A stretch of DNA of 64,000 nt from Vicugna vicugna (taxonomy: Eukaryota). The notes under the pieces were generated by a model, which saw only the letters and a program-made list of their open reading frames with translations, was not told the DNA's origin and searched no databases. The position numbers and the translations under genes are program-made. Below, piece by piece: positions 62,660 through 64,000 of the stretch. Positions within the stretch are counted from its first letter, which is position 1, and every line of letters starts with the position of its first letter. Location: contig MU058844.1 in assembly GCA_013265495.1 (NCBI GenBank), positions 10,562,184 through 10,626,183 of the forward strand. Reading direction: 5' to 3'.

Positions 62660-63060
62660 TAAAAATTTCTCTGCACGTTAAATACTCTGTTGTTCTAGGT
62701 TTAAGTGCTTGGTATTTATTACCATCACTGATGTTCAAAATATCACATCTTTCGTCAGCGGAAGCCTCTTCACGGAGGCTCCTAAGTCTTGTGACATGAC
62801 CGCTAGTCTTCCATAGTTGCCTTGCTTTCTGGTAAGATGAGATTTCTGGGCTTGTTTTGTATAGTTCCTGGGCCATACCTGGAATCTTCCATTTCTCCAG
62901 TAAGGCCCAGATTCTCTTAGTGAGAAACTGTATTTTCAAACCATATCTGGCTCTCCGGACGCTCGCTGCTACTGGGTCAGTCTTTGTTTCTAGGCCTTTT
63001 CCATGGACAGTGCCAGGAAAGCTGTATGTATATAGACATGTGCGTATGTATATGCATATA
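62660..63060 (-). mobile_element. L1MC4-like 3'UTR fragment
   Basis: 'gatgttcaaaatatcacatcttt...ggaagcctcttc...ccttgctttctggt...cctggaatcttccatttctccagtaaggccc...tctaggccttttccatggacag'. Confidence 0.8.
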
Positions 63061-64000
63061 TTCTGCACCTTAGGCACGATAAATACTCTAGGTCTGTGAA
63101 AGAAACTGACCATTGTTTTAAACTTGCTCTGTTCGGCTACTAGGCAGTGAAAGCAGCACATTTTAAAGTGGGGTCTTAGTGACATGGAAGAGGTGGTGCA
63201 GGTTCCCCAGGCGACTGACTTATCAACAGCAATAAACTTGGGCACCGGGAGAATCTGGATGGCAAATTAGTGGTTCAGGAAGTGGAAACGTAGCTGTAGT
63301 GTTTTTCGGCTGTTAGGCTTCAGAATATAAAATTGGCCTGATGCATTAGAGTGGCTTTGGAAATCTGCAACATTTTTATTAGAGAGATCACTGAATACCC
63401 AGTAATGTTGGTTCTAACTCCACCACCACAGTGACAGCTAGACACTATTTAGGGTGACCCTGTGACATAGCAAGAACGTTTCTCACACTTGAGTGATTTG
63501 TTAGAAAAGCAAAAACAGAATTGATTTGATCACACAATGAAGAAAATCAAAACTGGGCTCGGCTATGGAGATGACGAGTTCTTGTACTGACTGCTTTTGA
63601 GCAAGAGTATGCTTCGCTTTTTTTTTTTTTTTAAAAAACTAAAATTGGGTTAGCTGTAAAAAAAAAAAAAAAAAGCATTACCGTGAGGATTCCCTCTCCA
63701 CCAGATGTTACTGTTCACATATATTTGAAATGCTGAATGTTTAATGAAACACTGTTGTTAAAAACTGTATTAGGCTATATTTGATACATTTGCCTACTAT
63801 GTAATTCTTTATAAGTATTTACCTAATAAATCTCAGATAAAAACTATCTTTCATATCATAAATTTTGACCGAAAAAAGCAAAACCAAAAAACAACCCACG
63901 ACAAAATTACAAGTGGTCATAAGCATTGCCTTTCAAAAGAGAAGCAAAAACCTTCAGCTTTCAGTGGTGTAGGACTGACAATTGATACTTTGGCTATGAA

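Overview
Mammalian non-coding genomic DNA, intergenic or deep intronic, most likely from a camelid (alpaca, llama or camel). Evidence for the lineage: two tRNA-derived vic-1-type SINEs and camelid/cetartiodactyl-style L1 3' ends, with no Alu, B1/B2, Bov-A, CHR or PRE-1 elements noticed. I recognise no protein-coding gene, and almost all listed ORFs look like chance frames, many inside old repeats. The window is a mosaic of ancient transposon fossils (L2, MIR, L3/CR1, L1M/HAL1, MLT LTRs, MER5/Charlie/Tip100-type DNA elements), several younger L1/SINE insertions with visible target-site duplications (TSDs), and repeat-poor AT-rich blocks that look like candidate enhancers. Best-supported oddities: (1) a 42-nt tailless 5S rRNA retropseudogene with a TSD; (2) an A-B/A-C-B local duplication whose breakpoint sits at the centre of a palindrome; (3) a ~70-bp segment repeated ~1.16 kb away; (4) a 45-bp L1 micro-insertion with a perfect 16-bp TSD; (5) a CpG-dense island built from ancient repeats; (6) a 301-codon open frame stitched from L1 3'UTR and L2 remnants; (7) a textbook splice acceptor followed by AATAAA. 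I find no evidence of a novel multi-gene system. Repeat family names are from memory of consensus sequences, not from a search, and boundaries of old repeats are approximate.
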